From Patescibacteria group bacterium (GTDB taxonomy: Bacteria > Patescibacteriota > Patescibacteriia > UBA9934), in assembly GCA_041666145.1 (NCBI GenBank), contig JBAYHK010000006.1, forward strand, positions 1-53,620: DNA of 53,620 nucleotides, in the 5' to 3' direction. Position 1 is the first letter of the stretch, and each line of letters opens with the position of its first letter. Both the position numbers and the translations under genes were made by a program. Below are positions 8,755-19,148 of this stretch, in pieces. The notes below the pieces were generated by a model, which was given only the letters and a program-made list of their open reading frames with translations, was not told where the DNA came from and searched no databases.

Positions 8755-11316
8755 GTGATATCTACGAACATTCTTCCCGCGGTAGAGCCAAGTCCGCTAT
8801 ATCGACCTATGGGTTTTTCCGGTGCTCTTCCTGTGGCGGATGGGTCAATTTTTATTGATTTGCTTCCATATATTGTTTCAATCATTAGCATTGTTGTTAT
8901 TGGAATCATTTTTATTTTCATCCTTCGTCGTCGTTTGATTGCGCGAAGCCATCTTCGAGGCGGGAAAGATTCAATGATAACGTTATTGATTACTATTCCG
9001 CAGTTTCGAAATCAGGAAGATGCAAAGAAGCATGATGAGGCATCTAAGGTGAAAGAGCAGATTGGTGTTGCAGAGTCGTTGTATGCAGCTATTGGTGGAT
9101 TACGGCCACATCATGGATTTACGGCATGGTTTTTTGGAAGATCAGATGCGGTTGCATTTGAAATGGTTGCACATGAAAAGCTCGTTTCATTTTATGTAAC
9201 TGTTTCGAAGAGCATGCGAGAATTTGTTGAGCAGCAGTTGCACGCGCAATGGAGTGACGCGCAGTTTGAAGAAGTTACTGATTATAATATTTTTGCTCCG
9301 CAGGGAACTATTCTTGGTGGGTATTTAACATTGAAGCGGCGAAATGTTTTTCCAATAAAGACGTATAAGGATCTTGAGAGCGATCCGCTAAATGCATTAA
9401 CAAATGCACTGTCTAAGGTTGGAGAGAATGATGGTATTGCAGTGCAATGCATTGTTCGTTCTGCTGGTGGTGATTGGCGCGATCAAGGTTCGAGAATTGT
9501 TCGTGCAATGTATGAAGGAAAGTCTTTACAAGAAGCTGAACACGGAAAATCCGGATTTGGAAGTATCGGTGATTGGACGAAAAGCAAGGAATCTCGAGAA
9601 AAGGATGAGCAAAAGCGGCGTGATAGAAAACTAACACAGGCAGAACAAAAGCTTGCAGAGGGAATTGAAAAGAAGATTTCAAAGGCCGGCATGGAAGTGA
9701 ATATTCGAATCGTGGCCTGCGGTGCAACGCCAGAAATTGCGCAAGCATATTTGAATAATGCCTTGTCTGCATTTAATCAGTTTAATGTGTATGAATACGG
9801 AAATTCATTTTCAACGTCGATTCCACGGAGTAAAGATGGATTAGTAAAAGACTTTATTTACAGAAAGTTTTCAGAAAAATATTCGGTGATTTTGAATACG
9901 GAAGAGATGTCTGGTTTGTGGCACATGCCGTTGCCGTCAACAGAAACGCCGAATATTCGCTGGATGATGGCGCGTATTGCGCCGGCACCACTTTCGATAG
10001 CTGCAGAAGGTTTGCGCTTGGGATTCAACAAGTATCGCGGAAAAGAGACTCCGGTATTCATGAGCGATTCGGACCGACGTCGACACATGTACATCATGGG
10101 AAAGACTGGATCTGGAAAGTCTGAATTCATTAAGCAGATGATCGCTCAAGACATTGCGAATGGTCGTGGACTTGCGGTGATTGATCCGCACGGAGATCTT
10201 GCGGACGGAGCTTTGGAATTGGTACCGAAGGATCGTATTGATGATGTGATTTATTTCAATCCTTCAGATACAGAACGTCCATTTGGATTGAACATGATGG
10301 AATACGATGGGAATTTTCCAGAGCAAAAGACCTTCGTCGTCAATGAACTTCTTGCGATCTTTGATCAGTTGTATGACTTGAAGACGACTGGTGGCCCGAT
10401 GTTTGAACAGTACATGCGTAATGCCATGCTACTTCTCATGGACGACGCAAACGCTGGAGCAACACTTCTTGAAATTTCGAAAGTGCTTTCTGATGAGGAT
10501 TATCGTAAGGCGCAGTTAGCAAAGTGTAAGAGTCGTGTGGTTGTGGATTTTTGGGAGAAGGAGGCGCAGAAAGCTGGTGGAGATGCTTCGCTTGCGAACA
10601 TGGTTCCGTACATTACGTCGAAGTTGACTTCGTTTATTACGAACGACATCATGCGGCCGATCATTACGCAGTCGCAAAGTAGTATTAATTTCCGTGACAT
10701 TCTCGATACGGGCAAGATCCTCATCGTGAACCTGAACAAAGGAAAGCTTGGTGAAATCAATGCTGGACTTATTGGAATGATTATTGTTTCAAAGTTGCAG
10801 ATTGCCGCATTTGCGCGTGCAGACATGGCGGAGAAGGAAAGAAAAGATTTTTATTTGTACATTGACGAGTTCCAAAACTTCGTCACACCTTCCATCGCGG
10901 TCATTCTTTCTGAGGCACGAAAATATCGATTGAGTTTGATTATTGCGCACCAGTACATGGCGCAATTATCTCCACGTGGTGACACGAAGATTCGAGATGC
11001 GGTACTTGGAAACGTTGGTTCGCTCTTTATTGCACGTTGCGGACCAGATGATACTGAGATTTTACAAAAGATTTTCGAGCCAACATTTAGTGCGTATGAC
11101 TTGATGAATACGGGTGCTTTAACATGGAGCGCGAAGATGATTGTACGTGGAGCCCAAGAAAAACCGTTTACGTTAACGGTTGATCCGATGGTACGGGGGA
11201 GTAAGGAGATGGCAGACGGATTGAAGCAGATTTCTCGTTTGATGTATGGACGTGATCGAGAGGAAGTCGAAGAAGAAGTTTATCGTCGCTCTGGAATGGC
11301 AGCACTAAAAATATAA
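8755..11316 (+). CDS. Membrane-anchored VirD4/TraD/HerA-like (DUF87-type) P-loop ATPase
   Basis: N-terminal TM helix; RRRHMYIMGKTGSGKS Walker A, IDPHGD, LYIDEFQNF Walker B, EARKY.L.LIIAHQ. Confidence 0.85.
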   Translation: MISTNILPAVEPSPLYRPMGFSGALPVADGSIFIDLLPYIVSIISIVVIGIIFIFILRRRLIARSHLRGGKDSMITLLITIPQFRNQEDAKKHDEASKVKEQIGVAESLYAAIGGLRPHHGFTAWFFGRSDAVAFEMVAHEKLVSFYVTVSKSMREFVEQQLHAQWSDAQFEEVTDYNIFAPQGTILGGYLTLKRRNVFPIKTYKDLESDPLNALTNALSKVGENDGIAVQCIVRSAGGDWRDQGSRIVRAMYEGKSLQEAEHGKSGFGSIGDWTKSKESREKDEQKRRDRKLTQAEQKLAEGIEKKISKAGMEVNIRIVACGATPEIAQAYLNNALSAFNQFNVYEYGNSFSTSIPRSKDGLVKDFIYRKFSEKYSVILNTEEMSGLWHMPLPSTETPNIRWMMARIAPAPLSIAAEGLRLGFNKYRGKETPVFMSDSDRRRHMYIMGKTGSGKSEFIKQMIAQDIANGRGLAVIDPHGDLADGALELVPKDRIDDVIYFNPSDTERPFGLNMMEYDGNFPEQKTFVVNELLAIFDQLYDLKTTGGPMFEQYMRNAMLLLMDDANAGATLLEISKVLSDEDYRKAQLAKCKSRVVVDFWEKEAQKAGGDASLANMVPYITSKLTSFITNDIMRPIITQSQSSINFRDILDTGKILIVNLNKGKLGEINAGLIGMIIVSKLQIAAFARADMAEKERKDFYLYIDEFQNFVTPSIAVILSEARKYRLSLIIAHQYMAQLSPRGDTKIRDAVLGNVGSLFIARCGPDDTEILQKIFEPTFSAYDLMNTGALTWSAKMIVRGAQEKPFTLTVDPMVRGSKEMADGLKQISRLMYGRDREEVEEEVYRRSGMAALKI

Positions 11317-11321
11317 GAGAA

Positions 11322-12302
11322 ATGCCTAAGCAAATTGTTCTTGAGAACGTTACAAAAACATTTTCTACAAAAATTCGAAATCCCGAGTATGGGTCTTGGA
11401 AGAATTTTTGGCGTCCCGATGCAAGACTCGTTCATGCTGTTGATCATATTTCGTTGACGGTTGAGCACGGTGAACGCATTGCATTCATTGGTCCAAATGG
11501 TGCAGGAAAGTCGACAACAATTAAGATGATGACGGGAATTCTTCGAGCAACATCTGGAAAGATTCGAGTTGCAGGGCTAGACCCGCAAGGTGACAGAAAA
11601 GCACTTGCCTACAAAATAGGAACACTTTTTGGTCAACGATCGCAGCTCATTTCCAATCTTCCTATTGCGGATTCGTTTGAACTTTTCGGAGTGATGTACG
11701 GCATAAGGCCGCAAACAATCCGTCGCAGAGCAAAGCAGCTTTCTTCATGGTTTGGACTTGAAGAGTTTTCTGATCGGCCAGTAAGAAAATTATCACTCGG
11801 TCAACGAATGCGTGCAGAAATTGCGGTTTCACTTTTACATAAACCAGAAATCATTTTTCTTGATGAACCGACTATTGGCCTTGATGTTGTTGCAAAGCAG
11901 GCGTTGCGTGAAGTTTTGAATCGATTATGCGAAGAGGAGGGTGTGACTCTTTTTCTTACGTCACACGATGCTGGTGACATTGAGGCGCTTTGTGAAAGAA
12001 CCATTATTGTGAATCATGGAAGAATCATCGTTGATGAATCAACAGAGGCATTGCAGCAACGATATTTCACTGTGAAACATGTTCGTGTGGAGCTTGCTGA
12101 TCGCGTAAAAGGGTTCTCACTTCTTGGCGCAAAAAATATTCGCGTGACTGATCGAATCGTGCTTTTTGACATTGATACGAATATTTCAAGTGTGAATACC
12201 GTGATCGCTCGCTTGATGCAGAGCCATTCTGTGGTTGACCTTGATATTGCAAATCCGTCACTCGAAGAAGTCATCGGCACCGTGTATGCCGCGCAGCAAT
12301 AG
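11322..12302 (+). CDS. ABC-2 type transporter ATP-binding subunit
   Basis: GPNGAGKS, LSLGQRMR, FLDEPTIGLD. Confidence 0.93.
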   Translation: MPKQIVLENVTKTFSTKIRNPEYGSWKNFWRPDARLVHAVDHISLTVEHGERIAFIGPNGAGKSTTIKMMTGILRATSGKIRVAGLDPQGDRKALAYKIGTLFGQRSQLISNLPIADSFELFGVMYGIRPQTIRRRAKQLSSWFGLEEFSDRPVRKLSLGQRMRAEIAVSLLHKPEIIFLDEPTIGLDVVAKQALREVLNRLCEEEGVTLFLTSHDAGDIEALCERTIIVNHGRIIVDESTEALQQRYFTVKHVRVELADRVKGFSLLGAKNIRVTDRIVLFDIDTNISSVNTVIARLMQSHSVVDLDIANPSLEEVIGTVYAAQQ

Positions 12303-13092
12303 TCTTCTTCAATCATGGACAATCATTCGATTGATTGCGCGTTCATCTGTTGAGCAATGGACAGTTGTTGCGTTTTCTTTGTTTTCAACGGTTGTCTTGT
12401 TGTTCAGTTTATTTGCGGTGTACGGATTTAGCATGGAAAAGACTGGGCCAGTTAACGGCATTTCACTTGTTGCTGTTCTTTGGTCCATTTCAATGTATTC
12501 CATGTATTGGGGTGTTGGAATGCGGTACATCTTTCGTGATATTTCAGATGACGTGAAGAATGGAACTGTTGAACTTCGGTTGATTCGCCCGATTCATTAT
12601 TTGTATTACGTTGGACTTGTTCGATTGGGAAAGCAGGTGCTCGTTATTCCTTTTCAAATCATTGTGAACATTGTTCTTCTTTTGATATTCGTGGGTTTTC
12701 CTTCGGTTGAACTTACCCCAATTTGGTTTGGTTCATTTTTGTCTTTATTTGTTTTTGGCAATTTTCTCGCATTTCTTATGTTCTCTTGTGTTGGCCTTTC
12801 TTCATTTTGGATAGAAGAGCCGATGCCGATTATGTGGATTATTGACAAGCTTGTGATGGTTCTTGGCGGTGCTTTTGTGCCAATTGGTTTGTTTCCACCA
12901 ATGCTGCGTTTGATCACTGAATGGTCTCCATTCGGTGCAATGCTGGGATTTTCTCAGGCATTTACGCCAGATTTTTTGCTGCACGTTCCAACCCTTCTTC
13001 TTTCGCAAGCTGTTTGGATTCTTATGTTTGGATTGTTGGCGATGACATTGTGGGGGAGTGCTCGGAAACGTCTTGAAGTGAATGGAGGATAG
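12286..13092 (+). CDS. ABC-2 family permease
   Basis: Multi-TM; L.RP motif; ends in NGG; overlaps the ATPase gene end. Confidence 0.85.
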   Translation: MPRSNSLLQSWTIIRLIARSSVEQWTVVAFSLFSTVVLLFSLFAVYGFSMEKTGPVNGISLVAVLWSISMYSMYWGVGMRYIFRDISDDVKNGTVELRLIRPIHYLYYVGLVRLGKQVLVIPFQIIVNIVLLLIFVGFPSVELTPIWFGSFLSLFVFGNFLAFLMFSCVGLSSFWIEEPMPIMWIIDKLVMVLGGAFVPIGLFPPMLRLITEWSPFGAMLGFSQAFTPDFLLHVPTLLLSQAVWILMFGLLAMTLWGSARKRLEVNGG

Positions 13093-13094
13093 AT

Positions 13095-13913
13095 ATGAAG
13101 ATTCTCTCGAACATCAGTGAAGGGCTTCGTGTTGGATGGTATGCGTGGCGTACGAATCTTCGTGCTGCCATGGAGCATCGGGTAGCATTCGCTCTTCAGG
13201 TTGGTGGCATGGTTTTGAATGACAGTGCATTCATTGCAGTTTGGATTTTATTTTTTGCGGCAGTTGGTGAGGTGAACGGGTGGAACGGTTGGGACTCGGT
13301 TGGATTGCTGGGATTTGGAACGTTGAGCTATGGATTGGGTTTTGGGTTTATTGGAGGGTCAACATGGGTATGTCGATATGTGGCGGATTCGTCACTCGAT
13401 GCTTTTCTTCTTACTCCGCAGAATGTTCTGTGGAGAATCTTAATCAGTCGAAGTGACATTACAGCGCTTGGTGACGTGGTATTCGGAGGCCTCCTTCTTT
13501 CTTCCTATGCTTGGCACATTCACGCTTCGTGGTCGGCGGGAATTTTCATGATGCTCGCAGTTCTGCCGGCAACGATTCTTACGCTAGCGATAAGTATATC
13601 TGTGAGCACATTTGCGTTTTACTTTCTTGATGCTGAGCAAATCGCATTCAATATTTTTAAGACATTTCTTTCCCCGAGCATGTATCCTTCTGCGCTTTTT
13701 CCTTCTGGTGCGAAGATGGTGTTTACCTTCATTATTCCCTCGCTTTTAGTGGCTGGATTGCCAGTTGAAATGATCAAGGGCAAGGAGTACGGAATGCTTG
13801 GAATGTTCTGGGGAATTGCTGCAGTTTGGGCAGTATTTAGTGTGGTTTTGTTTTATATTGCACTTCGCAGGTATGAGAGCGGAAATGCTCTTGGATTACG
13901 GAGTGGAAATTGA
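13095..13913 (+). CDS. ABC-2 family permease (second subunit)
   Basis: Multi-TM; G(W)..W, LD.FLL.P and RRYESG motifs. Confidence 0.85.
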   Translation: MKILSNISEGLRVGWYAWRTNLRAAMEHRVAFALQVGGMVLNDSAFIAVWILFFAAVGEVNGWNGWDSVGLLGFGTLSYGLGFGFIGGSTWVCRYVADSSLDAFLLTPQNVLWRILISRSDITALGDVVFGGLLLSSYAWHIHASWSAGIFMMLAVLPATILTLAISISVSTFAFYFLDAEQIAFNIFKTFLSPSMYPSALFPSGAKMVFTFIIPSLLVAGLPVEMIKGKEYGMLGMFWGIAAVWAVFSVVLFYIALRRYESGNALGLRSGN

Positions 13914-14087
13914 CGGAAGGCCGTTCGTCTGATATAGTGCGGTCTTGGGTAAGGTTTTCATGATTTGTTTGGTTGCGGCACTTTTTCGCCGCTTGGAAGT
14001 TCACTTTTTCATTATTGATTCACGTTGGGCACTTTTTCGCCTTTGGCGACTCTGCTTTGGCAGATGCCCATGACTTATTGTTTGTTT

Positions 14088-15944
14088 ATGACACCACAAG
14101 GTTCAAAAGTTCCTAGTTCTTTAGTCCCACGTTCGGTTCGCAGAGGTCCACAGCATGGCACGCATCGCGGAGGTCGTCGCGGTCCACGTGTTGCGTGGAA
14201 TACGCCAGAAACAAGGCCTGCTCGTACTGGCCAGGGCGTAAAATATGGCGCTTTAGAATTGACGCCAAAAGATCACTATAACGTTCATGCTGCTAAGAAT
14301 CAGCGCGGAATTCTTCGCGTTGCTGTTATGGGTGGAAATGAAGAGGTCGGAAAGAACATGACGCTGCTAGAGTATGGCGACGATATTATTCTTATTGACA
14401 TGGGGATTCAGTTCGGTGAAGAACACATGCGTGGAATTGACGGCATCGTGCCAGATATTTCGTATTTGAAGGGTAAAGAAAAGAATGTTCGTGCGGTGAT
14501 TATTTCTCACATGCACATGGACCACATTGGCGGTATTCCATTCTTGATGCCGATGCTTCCAGGAGTCCCGGTTTTCTCCTCTCCAATTTCTCTTGCGCTC
14601 ATTGCCAAGAAACTTGAATACACTCCAGAAATAAAAGTCGATCTTCGCCCTGTTGATGAGGCGACAACGTTGCAGCTAGGAAATTTTAAAGTTTCCTTTA
14701 TTGGTGTTTCGCATTCTGTTCCGTCATCTCTCGCGATTGTGATTGAAACACCAAACGGAAAGATTGTTCATACTGGCGACTTTAAAGTCGATCTTGATCC
14801 GAATGATGAAGAGGGGAAGCGACATTTAGAGCAGATGAAAAAGCTTGGGAATGAAAATGTTCTTGCGCTATTTTCTGATTCCACCAACGCTGGACAGTCT
14901 GGCAATCAAATGATGGAGCGTGATGTTATGCACGACTTAGATGCCATTGTTTCGCAAGCAAAGGGGCGTTTGCTTTTTGGGATGATCAGCACGAACGTCG
15001 TGCGAATGGCGCAGATCATTTCTCTTGCAGAAAAGCATGGACGTTACGTTGCTGTTGGTGGATTGAGCTTGAAAACAACGCTCGAAATTGCGCAAAATCT
15101 TGGATACATCAACCCGACTCCTGGAACGCTTCTCGACATCACTGAAGTAAAGAATTTTCCGCCAAATAAAGTTCTCGCTATTTTTCCTGGTGCGCAGGGG
15201 GAGAATAACGCAGCATTCTATAAGCTCGCAGATGGAACGCTGAAGGACGTTCGAGTGATGCCTGGCGATTCGGTGGTCTTTTCATCCTCAGTTATTCCTG
15301 GAAATGAGCGGACTGTTCAGTTTATTACCGACAAGTTTTATCGACTTGGTGCAAAGGTAGTGAACTACCGCATGTTAAACATTCATGCTGGTGGTCATGC
15401 AAAGTCTGCAGACTTGAGTGAGGTGATTAAGATGATTAAGCCGAAATACATCATTCCGATTGAAGGTCATCATGCGTTCTTGCACTATCACGCACAGGCT
15501 GCTGTTGCTGCTGGTTTCTCGAGGGAGAACATCATGATTGCAGATAATGGACAGATTATTGAATTCGACGAAGAGCGAAGGGGAACGCTCACAAAAAAGA
15601 AGCTTTCTGTCGCGCCAATTTACGTTGACGGTGGACAGGTTGACGTTGTTGATGGCGATACGCTTCGAGAGCGAAAGCGTATGGGTGACGAAGGCGTCAT
15701 TGTCATTGACTCCATTGCTCGTGACGGACAGATTGTTCATGTAAATGTGACGTCGCTTGGGTTTAGGAAGGAATCCATTCTCCCAGATATCGATGCAAAA
15801 ATTACAACATTTCTCAAACGTGAATTTCCAAAGATTTCTGCACAGCAAGATCCGCAAGGACTTTTGCAAGATCGTTTAGAAAAAATGATTGAAACAGAAA
15901 TGAAGTCCAGTCCGTACATTGCGCTTTCCATTGCAACGCAGTAA
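14088..15944 (+). CDS. rnj: Ribonuclease J
   Basis: GGNEEVGKNM, HMHMDH metallo-beta-lactamase motif, HTGDFK, HAGGH, PIEGH. Confidence 0.95.
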   Translation: MTPQGSKVPSSLVPRSVRRGPQHGTHRGGRRGPRVAWNTPETRPARTGQGVKYGALELTPKDHYNVHAAKNQRGILRVAVMGGNEEVGKNMTLLEYGDDIILIDMGIQFGEEHMRGIDGIVPDISYLKGKEKNVRAVIISHMHMDHIGGIPFLMPMLPGVPVFSSPISLALIAKKLEYTPEIKVDLRPVDEATTLQLGNFKVSFIGVSHSVPSSLAIVIETPNGKIVHTGDFKVDLDPNDEEGKRHLEQMKKLGNENVLALFSDSTNAGQSGNQMMERDVMHDLDAIVSQAKGRLLFGMISTNVVRMAQIISLAEKHGRYVAVGGLSLKTTLEIAQNLGYINPTPGTLLDITEVKNFPPNKVLAIFPGAQGENNAAFYKLADGTLKDVRVMPGDSVVFSSSVIPGNERTVQFITDKFYRLGAKVVNYRMLNIHAGGHAKSADLSEVIKMIKPKYIIPIEGHHAFLHYHAQAAVAAGFSRENIMIADNGQIIEFDEERRGTLTKKKLSVAPIYVDGGQVDVVDGDTLRERKRMGDEGVIVIDSIARDGQIVHVNVTSLGFRKESILPDIDAKITTFLKREFPKISAQQDPQGLLQDRLEKMIETEMKSSPYIALSIATQ

Positions 15945-16069
15945 TCCAAAACACATTTCACAATAACAGGCGCCGAATAGGCGTCTTTTATTGACATTTT
16001 GGCTAAGATTCGCTATATTGTTGCCAACGATGTCCATATCGGCTTCGTGAACTTGGTCTTGGAGGCCAA

Positions 16070-16609
16070 ATGAAAAGCTCACTTTTTCTGGTAGTTTCCC
16101 TTTTCGCTTCTGGTTGTGAGTTCTTCCGCGGCACGGACAACGGCGGAACGGAATACATGGTCGATCGCATGATCGACCTCGGCTGCTTCAAGGACTCGCC
16201 GTGTAGTTTCATCTCGAGCGACGGTCCTTCCGTCTACAAGTGCACAGAAGATGTGCCAGACCATTCCGTTCGTAGCGCCGGAGGAGAAATAGATTTGGAT
16301 CTCGAGGGGGTTGTCGATTTTCACGCCGAACTTCGGCCTCACTACATCATCTATTCGGATGGGACCGGAGAGCCAGATACAGACAGAAACCGTGGTGTTC
16401 TGCTTGTCTCCTATGCTGATCCGGAGATGTTGGAACTTTCTGCGATTGGCACCATGCTGCAATGTGGTCATCTCGTTGATAGCGATGCTGATTACGAAAA
16501 GTTTTCATGCATCGTCTCATCGTGCATTGCGTTCGTTGAGCAGAATTCACTTGGCGACCAAAGGATCAAGGTACAGAGCAGAACGCCATTTCGTTCGAGG
16601 TTGGAATAA
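16070..16609 (+). CDS. Orphan predicted lipoprotein
   Basis: Lipobox FASG-C at residue 16; TTGACA-17-TATATT (15991-16019); SD GGAGG 16061-16065. Confidence 0.7.
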   Translation: MKSSLFLVVSLFASGCEFFRGTDNGGTEYMVDRMIDLGCFKDSPCSFISSDGPSVYKCTEDVPDHSVRSAGGEIDLDLEGVVDFHAELRPHYIIYSDGTGEPDTDRNRGVLLVSYADPEMLELSAIGTMLQCGHLVDSDADYEKFSCIVSSCIAFVEQNSLGDQRIKVQSRTPFRSRLE

Positions 16610-16780
16610 GCGGTCGGACGGGGCGCCTGATGCTGCAACGAGCAGTCCTGGGCGCTTTTGCTTTTTAAGGGGGTTCTTGCAGTGAAATGGAGAGCCTGCT
16701 ATGATTTTTTGTTCCTGTTGAATGGCTGATTCGTCATTTTGACGATCAATCGTGAAACCTACTGAAACACTGGAGACAGC

Positions 16781-17122
16781 GTGACTACAAAAAAACATGG
16801 TTCTTTCGATAGGCCCGGTGTTTCTTCGGGCCAAATGAGACTTTCTCGGTTTGCTGATTCCGCGGAACGCAATCATCGAATAATGAAAGAAAGGGCTGTT
16901 CGGTTGTTCGGAGACTCTAATTGCGCTTCTTTCGAAGTCATCAGTAGTTTTCCGAATCATCCAAGGGCAGAGAACTCCAAAAGGGCTCGAGCAATAGGTC
17001 TCGTTCTGCTTCTGAAGGTTCGGACACAAACAAGTCCAGGAGCCAATTTGGAAGAGGAGATCGCATTGTTCGGGGATCTAGACACCGGGGATATGTACTG
17101 GATTCCACTGGTTGAAGACTAG
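16781..17122 (+). CDS. Orphan hypothetical protein
   Basis: GTG start with SD GGAG; followed by hairpin CGACACCCGACC..GGTCGGGTGTTCG. Confidence 0.5.
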   Translation: MTTKKHGSFDRPGVSSGQMRLSRFADSAERNHRIMKERAVRLFGDSNCASFEVISSFPNHPRAENSKRARAIGLVLLLKVRTQTSPGANLEEEIALFGDLDTGDMYWIPLVED

Positions 17123-17210
17123 GCAGCCTACTTTCTGCCACTAATACGACACCCGACCTACGCAAGGTCGGGTGTTCGCTTTTGGAGTGTTTTTCGCTTA
17201 CACTCCCCAC

Positions 17211-19106
17211 ATGATCGAACCGAAAGATGAAATTAAAGAGAAGCTCGACGTCGCCGAGGTGCTTGGGGACTATATTCAGTTAAAGCCTGCAGGAACGGGG
17301 AGTTTAAAGGCATTGTGTCCATTTCACACAGAGCGAACGCCGTCGTTTCACGTTTCAAGAGAGCGACAGAGTTGGCATTGTTTTGGATGTGACAAAGGGG
17401 GCGATATTTTTAGTTTTGTTATGGAAATGGACGGGCTAACGTTTCCGGAGGCATTGCGACAATTGGCGAAGAAGGCAGGTGTCGAATTGCCAGCATATAA
17501 GTCAACGCCGCATGACAATACTCGTGAACGATTATTGCTCATGCATGATGCTGCGGCATCGTTTTACACCTCTACGTTATGGTCGAGTGAATATGGAAAG
17601 TCGGTGAAAACGTACATTGAGAATCGTGGTATCGATGAAGCGCTGGCAATGAAGTTTCGGCTCGGCGCGTCACCAGATGCATGGGATGTTTTAGTCAATC
17701 ATTTATCGAAGAGAGGGTTTGCTGAGCAGGAAATGATTGAAGGTGGACTGGCGATGAAGCGAAAGAATGGGTCTGGTTGCGTTGATCGATTTCGAAACAG
17801 ATTAATGATTCCACTTTGTGATGCTGGGGGAGGCGTGATTGCGTTTACTGCACGTCAGCTTCCTGGTGCTGGTGAGGCCGATGGACCGAAATACATGAAT
17901 TCGCCAGAAACCCCGATTTATAAAAAGGGAGAGATGTTATATGGGCTGCATCTTGCAAAAGCGGGAATGCGAGAGAAGAAATGTGTGATTGTTGTTGAGG
18001 GGAACCTTGATGTGATTGCCTCTCATAAGGCTGGAGTGGAGAATATTGTGGCCTCTTCTGGCACAGCACTTACTGCGCTACAACTTCGAACATTGGCGCG
18101 ATATACCAAGCAGATTGTGTTTGCGCTCGACGAGGATGCTGCGGGTTTTGCAGCGGCAAAGCGAGTGCTCGACTTGGCACTGGAACTTCAGAAGGACCCT
18201 GGTGCTCCGCAATTTGAGATTCGTTGTTTGATTATTCCAGATGGTGCAGGAAAGGACCCAGACGAAATTGTTCAGAAAGATCCAGAGCTTTGGCGACGAA
18301 TTGTCGCGCATTCAGAGGATGTTATTGAATATGTTTTTACCAAGCGACTCCGACTATTTGAAGACGGTGCTGGCGCGGCGAAAATCGAAGCAAGGAAGTC
18401 GCTCGTTGATGAGCTTTTGCCGTATGTTGCAAAGCTGACTAGGCCAGACTCTCGTCACCTTTATCTTCTTCGGATTAGCGATGCTACTCATGTAGACATG
18501 GATTCTTTAATGCAGATGTTGCAATTTAAAGTTCATGCATCATTGCCTACGAAATCTCAAACTGCACCTTCGAAAGGCAAGGATCCGATCGTAAGTGTCG
18601 CGAAGCCCGTTCGTATTCCAGATACATCGGAGACAAAGTATGAGCGATCGCTTGGTTTTTTGCTTGGGATTTCGGTGAAGTATGAAGGCTTTGTTACGGA
18701 AATTTTGGCCACGGTTCGCGAAGAATTACTCACAGGAAGTACGTGGGAGCCTCTGTACATTGGCCTTCGAGCTCTGTATAATCGCCCCGAACAGCTTCCA
18801 AACACGTTAGCACCTCAAGAACCCCTTTTTTTACGACTTCTTTCCTGGCTCTCTGCCAATGGTCATACACGGGAGACATCCGTGTTCAATGCCTTGGTGA
18901 TTCAAACTGACGAGCTTCTGGATGGACTGTCGCCCAAGGAGGTGCGACAAGAAGCGGACAGAAATCTTTTGATTGTTTCCCAAGAGCTTGCGCTCCGTGC
19001 GCGCGCAGCCTTGGAGCGTGACATCCGAGAGGCGGAGTTGTCTGGTGACGACACTCGGCTGCATTCGTTGATGCGCGCTTATCGCGACATGGTTTCTCAA
19101 AAATAA
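17211..19106 (+). CDS. dnaG: DNA primase
   Basis: Zn finger CPFH...CFGC, FRNRLMIP, KYMNSPET, TOPRIM VVEG..D, KDPDE. Confidence 0.97.
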   Translation: MIEPKDEIKEKLDVAEVLGDYIQLKPAGTGSLKALCPFHTERTPSFHVSRERQSWHCFGCDKGGDIFSFVMEMDGLTFPEALRQLAKKAGVELPAYKSTPHDNTRERLLLMHDAAASFYTSTLWSSEYGKSVKTYIENRGIDEALAMKFRLGASPDAWDVLVNHLSKRGFAEQEMIEGGLAMKRKNGSGCVDRFRNRLMIPLCDAGGGVIAFTARQLPGAGEADGPKYMNSPETPIYKKGEMLYGLHLAKAGMREKKCVIVVEGNLDVIASHKAGVENIVASSGTALTALQLRTLARYTKQIVFALDEDAAGFAAAKRVLDLALELQKDPGAPQFEIRCLIIPDGAGKDPDEIVQKDPELWRRIVAHSEDVIEYVFTKRLRLFEDGAGAAKIEARKSLVDELLPYVAKLTRPDSRHLYLLRISDATHVDMDSLMQMLQFKVHASLPTKSQTAPSKGKDPIVSVAKPVRIPDTSETKYERSLGFLLGISVKYEGFVTEILATVREELLTGSTWEPLYIGLRALYNRPEQLPNTLAPQEPLFLRLLSWLSANGHTRETSVFNALVIQTDELLDGLSPKEVRQEADRNLLIVSQELALRARAALERDIREAELSGDDTRLHSLMRAYRDMVSQK

Positions 19107-19148
19107 GTTTTCGAACGATTTTTGGGAGTCATTCGCTTTGTACGCTTT

